From positions 1 to 37,816 of the forward strand of contig JAUCBJ010004763.1 of NCBI GenBank assembly GCA_032718475.1: a DNA stretch of 37,816 bases, given 5' to 3'. This stretch comes from Nemertoderma westbladi (taxonomy: Eukaryota; Animalia; Xenacoelomorpha). How positions within the stretch are numbered: the first letter of the stretch is position 1; each line of letters starts with the position of its first letter. Shown in pieces: positions 1-11,331 of this stretch. The translations under genes were made by a program, and so were the position numbers. The notes under the pieces are model-generated. The model had not been told where the DNA came from, searched no databases, and saw only the letters and a program-made list of their open reading frames with translations.

Positions 1-58
1 CTCTGACTTTGGGGTAATTCACGGCATAAAACAGCCAGCTGGCCAGGGAGCGAGCGCC

Positions 59-1591
59 ATGACAAACAGTGACAAGGAGTCAGAATTAAAGACCCAATTT
101 ACTACGCGAGAAGGAACTTACAAGGTCTTCAATCTAAACGATTATCAGCAGCAGACAGCTCGCGTACCGTACGGCTCGTCCCAACCCTCCCAACCCGTAA
201 AGGTTTCCTTTGTGACGGTGGCCGACGGGGCGGATGGCGGTCCTTCTACCGAGCGGATTGCCTTCAACGTCGGTAGGGAGTTGTACTTCTTTAACTACCG
301 CGGCCTGGCCGGAACCGACCCGAATAAACTCCTAGACAAAAAGGTCTATAAAGGCACGGTTCCGACCTGCCACGACTTCAACCAGACGACCGCGTCCGCT
401 GAAGGAATCGGCGTTCTAGTCGGGTTCAGCCACGGGCAAGTCCAACTAATCGACCCGATCCGAAAGGATGTCTGTAAACTCTATAACGAGGAACGACTCA
501 TCGAGAAAACCCGCGTAACCGGAGTGCATTGGTTATCCCAGCAACTCTTCGTAGTCTCCCATTCATCCGGGAATCTTTATATCTACAACGAGGAGCATCT
601 GTGCGGCACCACGCCTCCCCATTACAGCGCTGTCAAACAGGGGACCGGGTACACCGTCTATAAGTCCAAGCCGACGCGCAATCCCTTGTATAAGTGGTCC
701 ATTGGGGAAGCCGGGTCCGTCAATCAGTTCGAGTTCTCGCCCTGTGGTCAGTACCTCGCTACGGTCGGCCAGGACGGGTATCTACGAGTGTTCCATTTCG
801 ATTCTATGGAGTTAGTAGGGGTGATGAAGTCTTACTTCGGTGGGTTGAACTGCCTCGCGTGGAGCCCGGACGGGGCCTTGGTTGCTACGGGGGGCGAGGA
901 CGACCTGGTTACGGTGTGGTCCTTCGCCGAGGGGTGCGTGGTGGCCCGAGGGCGCGGACACCGCTCCTGGGTCACCGTGGTCGCGTTCGACCCCTACGTG
1001 CCGGATGAGACGCCCCCTCGCGGCCGAGCGGCGAACTCGTCGCCCAGTTACCGTCTGGCCTCCGTCGGACAGGACTCCAATCTGTGTCTGTGGGACGTGG
1101 CCGAGGATGTATTGCGTCGTCCGGCCGCTAGGGGGCGCGGCCAGTCCCTCGCGGTGGCGGCGGCCGCTCCGCCTCGGAGTAACTCGCTACCCGGACACCG
1201 GACGGTCGGACGGACGGACTCGGACCCGGACAGTCGGCTGGTTAACGTCCAGGTAATGAGCAAGAAGTCCGGCGACCGTACCGACAAGGACGTCGGACTT
1301 AGCGTTAAGTACGCGAACATCTCCCCCTCCGAGAAGAGCTCCTCTTTGAAACTGAAACCGCGGGATGATTGGTCTCGGGTTCTCGGTAGTTCAGTCTGCC
1401 CCTATATAGAGGACGTCCCACTTCTAGAACCCTTGATATCCAAGAAGATTAGTCACGAACGTTTATCGGCGTTGATATTCCGCTCGGATTGTTTCGTTAC
1501 CGCGTGTCACGATGGTTTCATCGCGACGTGGTCCCGACCGCGGGGTTTAGTCAACTCGGGGAGTCCCACAGGGCCCGGGACTGTAGTGTAG
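59..1591 (+). CDS. WDR20: WD repeat-containing protein 20 / DMWD family (USP12/USP46 cofactor), single coding exon, 510 aa
   Basis: Uninterrupted ORF with GCCATG Kozak context. Motifs recognised from WDR20: ELKTQFTTREGTYK, FNVGRELYF, KVYKGTVPTCHDFN, MKSYFGGLNCLAWSPDG, GGEDDLVTVWSF, GRGHRSWVTVVAFDPY, VPLLEPLISKKISHERL, C-terminal GTVV. Confidence 0.95.
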   Translation: MTNSDKESELKTQFTTREGTYKVFNLNDYQQQTARVPYGSSQPSQPVKVSFVTVADGADGGPSTERIAFNVGRELYFFNYRGLAGTDPNKLLDKKVYKGTVPTCHDFNQTTASAEGIGVLVGFSHGQVQLIDPIRKDVCKLYNEERLIEKTRVTGVHWLSQQLFVVSHSSGNLYIYNEEHLCGTTPPHYSAVKQGTGYTVYKSKPTRNPLYKWSIGEAGSVNQFEFSPCGQYLATVGQDGYLRVFHFDSMELVGVMKSYFGGLNCLAWSPDGALVATGGEDDLVTVWSFAEGCVVARGRGHRSWVTVVAFDPYVPDETPPRGRAANSSPSYRLASVGQDSNLCLWDVAEDVLRRPAARGRGQSLAVAAAAPPRSNSLPGHRTVGRTDSDPDSRLVNVQVMSKKSGDRTDKDVGLSVKYANISPSEKSSSLKLKPRDDWSRVLGSSVCPYIEDVPLLEPLISKKISHERLSALIFRSDCFVTACHDGFIATWSRPRGLVNSGSPTGPGTVV

Positions 1592-2531
1592 TAGATTGGG
1601 ACCAACTGGGACGGGTTGGGGTCATCACATGAAACATAACGAACACACGCGCCTCACATAAGTAATAACACAAAGTTTCGAATAGTTCACTAAATATATT
1701 TCGTTTTTAGTGCTGGCCGAAGTTCCCCTCACTAATCCCAACCCAGTCCATCCGCCATCGCCATAAAAATGTATCATTTTTTGTAAATTTGTTTTCATAT
1801 TGCATCAAATTTATAGCGACGGTGAAGATATTTGTAATTATCACGATTCACAAATTCTTTACAAAAAATTGATGCAAAATAATATACGTTGAGGTACTTT
1901 GTTATACTCTCGAAGTCTACGTAAAGTACTTGTCGTGTTTTGTTTTTCACCCTAGATGTTAAACTATAGACAAAACGAGGACACCATTCCGCGAAATTCG
2001 CCTGTGTGTGCTATCGAATTGTATTAATTGTATTAATACCCTTAATCCATCGCACATATGTTAGGAATGTACCGCGCCACTAGTATTGATGAGGTCTTAT
2101 TAATTGCATTGTAGTATGGTTTAGGGTATAATATTGCACTAGTTAGTGTTCCAGGACACATACCGTACCTTGCGGCCATAGATAGATCGCGTGCACTTTA
2201 AATTCGCACCACCAGCGCGGTAAAGGGTACCAGAACCAGGCTGCTAGATTACATTAGAAACACCCCTAAATAATAATAGGACGATAACCGGCACCGCCGT
2301 ATACGGCTATTAGTCTGCTAGATTATTATTCACCCCCTAAAAGGTACTACTAGACTGTCTCTTTAGTATTACGACTGTTAGGTTAGATATACCCGCGAAA
2401 CCCAAGACAACAAGACCGATACTTAAAGGTACTAAACTGTTCAGTTTAACTTACAGTAGGCTTCAAAGGTCGGATATGTTTAATACAATATGAGGAAACC
2501 AAATGTTTTAATGCTAAATATTTACATCAGA

Positions 2532-2648
2532 AATAAACAACTACACCGTATGCAAGTTTTAGTAGTTTTATTTTAATAAATGAAATTATATGTATTGTTA
2601 TGGATTGTTCTTTTTTGGTAAAATATATGATTGAATTACAAGAATAAA
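2532..2648 (+). terminator. Candidate polyadenylation signals of the WDR20 transcript
   Basis: AATAAA at 2532, 2575 and 2643, followed by T/GT-rich sequence, about 1 kb after the stop codon. The region is AT-rich, so chance occurrence is possible. Confidence 0.35.
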
Positions 2649-4349
2649 GATTAAAGTTAATTCTGACTCTAGTTTACGTTTACTGTTGTTGCTATCAATA
2701 ATTGGATTGTATTTGTTGCTGTTCTGGTAAACAATATTTTATGTAACTAGTTTATTTATTTAGGACGCTACATTGCACCACTCTCAGTTGCAGTTATCCT
2801 TTGCGCGAACATTTTTTGTGCATTTTAATGTTTTTTTATATTATTTATGTTTTCATTACTTAATATAAATAATTCTGATTCTTGATATATTAATCGGCGT
2901 ATTTTATTAACAATGGGCTGTTCTATGCCGATTTAATCGCATAGCAAAGTCAGGTAGGTGTAGGAGGAGTCCTAGGTACACGACACATGCGGGGGTGTTG
3001 TGTACCATTTTTCTCTAATAAATAATTATTATATTATATTGTGATAATTTATTTAACTAATTATTTTTATGGTTTAGTCACATAAGGCGCCACTGTAGAA
3101 ACTTTTAAAGTTTTAATATCTACTTTTTGGAACATTATAGTGCAATACTAAATTTATGATAATCAAAAGCCATAATAATAACTTCTAGAGAAACTCTTCT
3201 TTTAGTCCTATCATGTCTAAGGGTTGTTGGCATAGAACAAAGTCTAGACAGGTATGTGTCGCCACAATGTGTTTTTTTTTAGTAAAGCACGATACATCGC
3301 TGTATGGTCCTCACCTCACTGACGGAAAACTAGCAGTTTAACTTGCATTGATTTTATGCTTTGCTATTATGTGTTAAGCTTAAACTGAAACAAAAGTTTT
3401 TTTTATATCCAAAAACAATGTTCAAATTGAAAGTTGGAAAAGTACACCGAATCGGTTTTCTAATACATTTTCAGAGTTTTTTACGGATAATTTTATGGAG
3501 AAATGGTCCCTGCTCATCCTTCCTGTAATAATATGTCCATCCTGTAATTTTTATTTCACTGGTAGTGGCTGTCGGAATGTATGGAGTAGTGTTCCCTGCA
3601 AGTAGAAAGTAGCCTGTAAACAAAATGAGTTATATAGCATTACAGTTGAAAATATTTGTCCTGTAATTATGGACATATTACGGGCCGGGCATACACAGAG
3701 GACAATTTAAGTATAAAAATTTAAATAAAAAAAAGTATAAAAATATAGGTATCGAAATTAAGTAAATGGATTAAAGTAAAATATTTGCTGTTCACAAAAT
3801 CAAAAGTAAATATTATAAAAGTAAATATTTATTAACAAGTTTTAGAGTAGGGTATTTTACTGTTTATAACAGCATAAACTGATCCAAATATGAAGGGGGG
3901 GGGGGGGGGGGGTAGCCATGGCCATAAACTGATCCAAATATTAAGGGTGGGGGGGGGGGGGGGGGGTGATAGCGCTATTTTAACACAGTCAATGAAAACC
4001 AATAGTAAATCAATCCATAACTGTAGGTGGTTTAAAAAAAAATTTTTTTTTGTAATATGGTTATAATAATTTAGTGCTATTTAGTAGCATTATTACATTA
4101 TTACTATTTCTAAAAACGCTACTCATCGAACAAACATTCTTTATATAACTAGTTATTTCGTATATATAATTACGATATAAAAAAAAAAAGTATTTGTCAA
4201 AATTTTTTGATACTGATTATTTCCAATTTTATTACCAAATTAATTATTTTTTTCATATTGTTTTTTCAAAAAATTCGAATTTTTCACATTTCGAGGCCAA
4301 TAAAATGATTGTGATTACTGTGTCTACATTTCATCTAAAAATATTAATA

Positions 4350-4446
4350 ATTAGCAGAAGAGTAGCATTTTTAATTTCGTAGGAATGAAAAAATCCATTC
4401 CGAGATAATTGCCTTTAAAATTTGAACCTTCCCGCGCAAAAACTGT
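4350..4446. repeat. Dispersed repeat fragment, second copy at about 37235..37315
   Basis: AATTGCCTTTAAAATTTGAACCTTCCCGCGCAAAAACTGT (4407..4446) vs AATTGCCCTTAAAATTTGATCCTACCCGCGCAAAATCTGT (37276..37315), with weaker similarity upstream. Confidence 0.6.
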
Positions 4447-4742
4447 CTGTTAATATGTGAGAATGTCTGTCAATATATATCTAGCAACAAGAAAGCACAA
4501 ACTCATGCTAAAATTTTTGCTACGGGGTTTTTCCTGGTCGCTGATTTCATTTCTGATGTCAGTTTGTACTTTTATTAAAACTAGTAATACTAACTAATAA
4601 TATTTAATATTTATTCGAAAAATGTATTCCATTGAAAGCAGGGAGTCGGTGTCCTGACAAAATTGGAATACATACAGATCAAAATTTTTCCCAAACCAAA
4701 AATATGCAAAAAAAAAAATAAAAAAAAATCGACTTAATTTAA

Positions 4743-4899
4743 GGGTGAGTACACCAACCCTACACCCCCCCCCCCCCCCCCCCCAGTTTTCAGATTTGAT
4801 ATCCTCATTTAATTATGCTATAGATTAAATAAAAAACACATGGAAATTTTTACATGGGGGGGGGGGGGGGGGGGGGGGGGGGTATGTGTACTCCCCCCC
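4743..4899. mobile_element. Small MITE-like element flanked by TTAA
   Basis: TTAA|GGGTGAGTACAC...poly-C ... poly-G...GTGTACTCCCCCCC|TTAA: imperfect terminal inverted repeat with TTAA at 4739..4742 and 4900..4903. Confidence 0.5.
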
Positions 4900-5057
4900 T
4901 TAAAGAATCATAAGTCCGCAAATAGGTTCATTTTGAATTTGTAGTTTACGCAGAAAGGCAAATCTCGATAGAACCATTCGCACCGTGACCCACTCTATTT
5001 TGTATGTAGTGCACAATAATTATACCATCCATTGATCCATATCTTTAATAATTGTAG

Positions 5058-5284
5058 ATTCCCAAGAGCCAACGGACCCCACAGTTGTACCACCAATGGG
5101 TTTTAGTAACCCGCATATCCAACCCATTATTCCTGTCGAACTCTTCAGACAGTTTGTCTCTCCAATACTTCTCCAACTGTTTAACAGCCGGGAGACTCGA
5201 GTTCGGATAGTTCTCCTGCAATTCCTAGAGTTTTACGTTGGAATTTGGGATCACCACGTTATTCAACATGATATATTACCTGAG
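5058..5284 (+). CDS. SCYL3: SCYL3/PACE-1-like protein, internal exon (HEAT-repeat region)
   Basis: Acceptor ttgtag|AT (phase 1) and donor GAG|gttata (phase 0). Translates to ...PIIPVELFRQFVSPILLQLFNSRETRVRIVLLQFLEFYVGIWDHHVIQHDILPE, matching the SCYL3 segment recalled as LFQSRVIPVLLQLFEVHEEHVRMVLLSHIEAYVEHF...VILPQ. Confidence 0.85.
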
Positions 5285-6133
5285 GTTATAATTGGTTACA
5301 TTTATACAGCGAACTGAGTTACATATTCATATTTAAACGATAATTTATATATCGCCTGTTAGCTCCCCTCAATTATAAAAGTATATATATTGTTTGGTAC
5401 CACGGGCCAATGCCATCCAACCATATCGACCAATCAGTCAGTATGTTTGTTCCATACGTACCATTTGAGATTTGTTGAATTTTTAAATAAACTTAGATAA
5501 TTTTCGATATCGATGGTAAGAAAGAGTGATAAATTCTGCATATTAAAGAAGGAAATGCCCCAGAAATTTATCGGCTATTTTCAAGACCAACATTCTGAAA
5601 TGCAAAAAGTGAAGTTTATGTCACGTATGCGGATTGAAAATTTATGTACATTTTTTCGTTTTTATCTCCACATTCTTGATAATCTGACGTATCAATAGTG
5701 ATATTGACGTGTCCGGCAAAAGATATCAGATTGAAGTAGAAAGTTTTCTAGTAAGAAAAAAATTAAAAACTCTGTCACCGATAGGACTTTTTTTTAATGC
5801 AGTGACAAACATGAAGTTTCACTTTCTGGTGACACTTTTCCGTGAAAAGTGTTACTGAATATATTTTTCCTGATAATTAATTAATTCACATATGAATAAT
5901 TATCTTGTTAAATAAAATTATTTGGTCTATTGTCAATTAAGGAAAGAAAGCAGGTTACAGTGCTGAATATACTGGTAAGCCCCAACCATTAATTAAATGT
6001 AAGTAATTAATTGGTTAGACCATGATTAACTTCAACCCCCAATACGTTTCGCGGATGGCACAGCTGTCACGCATGGGACAATTATTTCAACCTGACCACA
6101 TAAATTTTGACGTAGCAGTCTCATTGATACAAC

Positions 6134-6195
6134 CATGGAATACTAAATATACATATGTATAATATACATACATAATGTATATTTAGTATTCCATG
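6134..6195. mobile_element. 62-bp palindromic mini-MITE, P-superfamily-like ends
   Basis: CATGGAATACTAAATATACAT...ATGTATATTTAGTATTCCATG perfect inverted arms, flanked on both sides by ATACAAC (6127..6133 and 6196..6202), a 7-bp target-site duplication. Confidence 0.7.
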
Positions 6196-6898
6196 ATACA
6201 ACTCATGCGATGCGATACAACATGGCAAAACTATCTAAGAAATGGAAGTGATGATCTAATTTTGTATCAGTTCGCATTTTCTGATAAATAACCTCCGTTA
6301 CGTATGGGACACTTTTTTGGGCCAATTTGGACACGCTCACGCAATGTATTAATATGCACGGGTAAACCTCCAAATATTATAATCTAACTGAAACACATGG
6401 AAGTGAGAGTGTTAATGGTCCACGTTTGCCAATTTAGGTGCCATTACATTTATAATTTACTGAGTGTATGTGACAAAATTCGAACCAAGTTAATATTTTT
6501 GTATTTCTATTATCTCAAATTTATAATTAACCTATATTTATTTGTTCACAGTTATTATAAACAGCAAGGTTATTTATTAATGGTCTCGGTCTGGCATATT
6601 CTGAATTGTAATTATAATGGCCAAAATGATCCCGTAATTACAATAACTAAATTTGGAAGTTATTGTCCCATTAATTGTTTTTTTTTCAAAATTCGTAGAC
6701 TTTTCTATTCCAAACTGTGGTTACAGTGTATCAAAGCAAGAAGTGACATATTATTGTCTATTTAGCATTCAAATTCTCAAATCCGTCAAACCATTCATTC
6801 TCAAATGATTTCAATTTTTCGACTTTTGTATACTCTTAGTCCCGAACGTGACTTGGTCAACATGATTGGCCTTTACCCCGTGTTGTTTTGTTTTTTAG

Positions 6899-7103
6899 TT
6901 GCTGATTGGTCTTCGAGATATTAATGACGTCATTGTAGAACGTTCCTTATTGGCTCTTCCTTGCTTGGTGCGAATACTTGGTGGTGCAATTGTGGTTGGT
7001 GGTGACCGCTTGTCGAGTTTTAAAGAAACTCTTGGCCCCAAACCATCTCCTGTTAAAGAAACCCTTGTTGTACCCAAACAATCTCTATCAGGTCGGGACT
7101 CAG
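6899..7103 (+). CDS. SCYL3: SCYL3/PACE-1-like protein, internal exon
   Basis: Strong acceptor tgttgttttgttttttag| (phase 0, joins 5284 in frame to give ILPE-LLIGLRD). LLIGLRDINDVIVERSLLALPCLVRILGGAIVVGGDRLSSFKET matches the SCYL3 motif LLGLRDTSDSIV...LVSLLGPEVVVGGER.KIFK. Donor CAG|gtataa (phase 1); an alternative phase-1 GT lies at 7092. Confidence 0.88.
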
Positions 7104-7180
7104 GTATAAATTGATGAGTTTATTACCATTATTGTTACACAGATCGTCTGGATCCATGTTCAATAGAAAATCGCGCCACG

Positions 7181-10100
7181 TATGTGGCACATCATACACC
7201 CCCTTATGTGGCAGATCATACACCCCCGTATGTGGCACATCATACACCCCCTTATGTGGCTAGTATGTGGGACATCGTACACCGATAGTATGTGGCACAT
7301 CATACACCCCCGTATGTGGCACATCATACACCGCTAGTATGTGGCACATCGTACACCGCACGTATGTGGCACATCATACACCGCTAGTATGTGGCACATC
7401 GTACACCGCTATTATGTGGCACATCATACACCGCTAGTATGTGGCACATCGTACACAGCTAGTATGTGGCACATCGTACACAGCTAGTATTTGGCACATC
7501 GTACACAGCTAGTATGTGGGACATCGTTCACCGCTAGTATGTGGCACATCGTACACAGCTAGTATGTGGCACATCGTACACCGCTAGTATGTGGCACATC
7601 GTACACCGATAGTATGTGACACATCATACACCCCCGTATGTGGCACATCATACACCCCCGTATGTGGCAAATCATACACCGCTAGTATGTGGCACATCGT
7701 ACACCGCTAGTATGTGGCACATCGTACACCGCACGTATGTGGCACATCGTACACCGCTAGTATGTGGCACATCGTACACCGCACGTATGTGGCACATCAT
7801 ACACCGCTAGTATGTGGCACATCGTACACCGCTAGTATGTGGCACATCGTACACCGCTAGTGTGTGGCACATCGTACACCGCTAGTATGTGGCACATCTT
7901 ACACCGCTAGTATGTGGCACATCGTACACCGCTATTATGTGGCACATCATACACCGCTAGTATGTGGCACATCGTACACCGCTAGTGAGTGGCACATCGT
8001 ACACCGCTAGTATGTGGCACATCGTACACCGCACGTATGTGGCACATCATACACCGCTAGTATGTGGCACATCGTACACCGCTATTATGTGGCACATCAT
8101 ACACCGCTAGTATGTGGCACATCGTACACAGCTAGTATGTGGCACATCGTACACAGCTAGTATTTGGCACATCGTACACAGCTAGTATGTGGGACATCGT
8201 TCACCGCTAGTATGTGGCACATCGTACACAGCTAGTATGTGGCACATCGTACACCGCTAGTATGTGGCACATCGTACACAGCTAGTATGTGGCACATCGT
8301 TCACCGCTAGTATGTGGCACATCGTACACCGCTAGTATGTGGCACATCATACACCGCTAGTATGTGGCACATCGTACACCGCTAGTATGTGGCACATCGT
8401 ACACCGCTAGTATGTGGCACATCGTCCACCGCTAGTATGTGGCACATCGTACACCGCTAGTATGTGGCACATCGTACACCGCTAGTAGTGGGACATCACA
8501 CACGGCTGGTATATAGCACATCGTACAAAGCTAGTATGTGGCACATCGTTCACCGCTAGTATGTGGCACATCGTACACAGCTAGTATGTGGCACATCGTA
8601 CACCGCTAGTATATAGCACATCGTACACAGCTAGTATGTGGGACATCATACACCGCTAGTATGTGGCACATCGTTCACCGCTAGTATGTGGCACATCGTA
8701 CACCGCTAGTATGTGGCACATCGTACACCGCTAGTATGTGGCACATCTTACACCGCTATTATGTGGCACATCATACACCGCTAGTGAGTGGCACATCGTA
8801 CACCGCTAGTGAGTGGCACATCGTACACCGCTAGTATGTGGCACATCGTACACCGCTAGTATGTGGCACATCGTACACCGCTAGTATGTGGCACATCGTA
8901 CACCGCTATTATGTGGCACATCATACACCGCTAGTGAGTGCACATCGTACACCGCTAGTGAGTGGCACATCGTACACCGCTAGTATGTGGCACATCGTAC
9001 ACAGCTAGTATGTGGCACATCGTACACAGCTAGTATGTGGCACATCGTACACAGCTAGTATGTGGCACATCGTACATAGCTAGTATGTGGCATATCGTAC
9101 ACCGCTAGTATGTGGGACATCACACTCGGCATGTATGTGGCACATCGTACACAGCTAGTATGTGGCACATTGTACACAGCTAGTATGTGGCACATCGTAC
9201 ACCGCTAGTATGTGGCACATCGTACACAGCTAGTATGTGGCACATCGTACATAGCTAGTATGTGGCATATCGTACACCGCTAGTATGTGGGACATCACAC
9301 TCGGCATGTATGTGGCACATCGTACACAGCTAGTATGTGGCACATTGTACACAGCTAGTATGTGGCACATCGTACACCGCTAGTATGTGGCACATCGTAC
9401 ACAGCTAGTATGTGGCACATCGTACACCACTAGTAGTATGTGGCACATCGTACACAGCTAGTATGTGGCACATCGTACACCACTAGTAGTATGTGGCACA
9501 TCGTACACAGCTAGTATGTGGGACATCATACACCGCTTGTATATGGCACATCAAACACCGATAGTATGTGGGACATCGTACACCGCTAGTATGTGGCACA
9601 TCGTACACAGCTAGTATGTGGGACATCATACACCGCTTGTATATGGCACATCAAACACCGATAGTATGTGGCACATCGTTCACCGCTAGTATGTGGGACA
9701 TCACACTCGGCATGTATGTGGCACATCGTACACAGCTAGTATGTGGTACATCAAACACCGATAGTATTTGGCACATCGTTCACCGCTAGTATGTGGGACA
9801 TCGTACACCGCTAGTATGTGGCACATCGTACACAGCTAGTATGTGGGACATCATACACCGCTTGTATATGGCACATCAAACACCGATAGTATGTGGGACA
9901 TCGTACACCGCTAGTATGTGGCACATCGTACACAGCTAGTATGTGGGACATCATACACCGCTTGTATATGGCACATCAAACACCGATAGTATGTGGCACA
10001 TCGTTCACCGCTAGTATGTGGGACATCACACTCGGCATGTATGTGGCACATCGTACACCGCTAGTATGTGGCACATCAAACACCGATAGTATGTGGCACA

Positions 10101-10240
10101 TCGTTCACCGCTAGTATGTGGCACATCGTACACTGCTAGTATGTGGCACATCGTACATCGCTAGTATGTGGCACATCGTACACCGCTAGTATGTGGCACA
10201 TCGTACTCCGCATGTATGTGGCACATCATACTCGGCACAT
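7181..10240. repeat. Intronic minisatellite, 25-bp unit TATGTGGCACATCGTACACCGCTAG, about 120 copies
   Basis: Directly visible 25-bp periodicity with variant units. Lies inside the SCYL3 intron 7104..10549. Confidence 0.97.
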
Positions 10241-10549
10241 TATACATATACACCGCACACTTCATTTAGCTCCTTTCAACTTTCAGTAATATGATCATGA
10301 ATACAGCAATAGCTTTCCCTTTAACTGGTAACCTATTAGTGTTTGCCAACCACCACATCTTTTTATATTATACCTCATATTTGTATTGTGTTGTGGACGC
10401 CTCTGTCTCGTCTCCATGTGTAAAATAACGTGTTTGTGTTGTAAAGCATGTCTGTATGTGCGCTGGGGTGTATGTGAGCATGACATTTTTATATTCTGGT
10501 TTGCAAATAACATAATTAATGCCGTAGCGTTTCATTCTTGATTATTTAG

Positions 10550-11331
10550 GGAATGAACCGATAAACAAAGAAGGAATAATGGACCAGCCAACCAACGTAG
10601 CGAAGCGTGACTCGAATCCAAACGCGAAGCCTAATGCCAATAAAATTAAACTACCCCCGATTCGCTTGAAAGATTATCTAACTGATGATATGAAACCCCG
10701 GGATATGGACGATATTCTAAAGATACAACAACAACGTAGTCTAGCGTCCGTCGCCCAACCTCAATGTGCCAATGAAACATCTCGCAGTTACTGCTCAGTG
10801 GCTTCTGCTGATTGGTCGGATTGGGGGGAAGCTATTGACCAATCAAACTCAGTAGTTCAAGAATCACATGAGTCACAGCTAAATTTACCGATGCAGACAG
10901 TTGTAGGTGACACAGATACAACCAGTGGCAATTCGAAAGGTTTATCAAATTGGACGACTGATAAAAACAATTATAATATATCGAATTATAAACCTTTGCA
11001 ATTGAAAGAGAATAAGACGGCCACCAAAATAGTAAAATCGAAATATGAAGCCCTCGGTTCGGAATTTGAAATTCCCGCCATTAAACTCGAGATTAAAAAT
11101 CCTGAAGACGAATTAATGGCATCTCTCCAACCGAATATTGATTTGGTATCTGATGCGATAATAGATGCAGCAGGCCTAACTGGAGATACATCTGTACCCT
11201 GTGTTACATCTGTACATGGAGAAGCGACTGCTGATATTCCAGCTGATATTTTCGCCGTATTAGAAGCCAGTACTGACGATGGTTGGGGTGTCAATGATGG
11301 TGATATTGGTGAACTATTACTCGAGGATTAG
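10550..11331 (+). CDS. SCYL3: SCYL3/PACE-1-like protein, terminal coding exon (disordered acidic C-terminus)
   Basis: Acceptor ttcattcttgattatttag|GG (phase 1) joins 7103 in frame with the 250-aa ORF. SCYL3-like C-terminal motifs: DWSDW, LGSEFEI...KNPEDELMASLQPNI (cf. LGEEFTI...DPEMDWFADMIPEI), FAVLE...DDGWG. Confidence 0.8.

Noticed and set aside
694-1320. Alternative-frame and antisense ORFs overlapping WDR20
   Set aside because: Expected by-products of GC-rich coding sequence; no recognisable motifs.
4945-5001. Possible extra small SCYL3 exon (gtag|...|gtatgt)
   Set aside because: The frame needed to join 5058 contains TGA, and there is no SCYL3 similarity. The candidate at 3206..3251 fails the same way.
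5045-5225. Minus-strand open stretch ELQENYPN...HWWYNCGVRWLLGIYNY as a terminal exon
   Set aside because: It is the antisense shadow of the plus-strand SCYL3 exon, which has homology and phase-consistent splice sites.
7053-10114. Short ORFs in the 25-bp array (7053..7247, 7616..7810, 9568..9789, 9893..10114)
   Set aside because: Translations of minisatellite units; the unit is not a multiple of three and contains TAG.
10579-11331. 250-aa ORF as a standalone orphan gene
   Set aside because: An in-frame acceptor at 10549 and SCYL3 C-terminal motifs identify it as a terminal exon.
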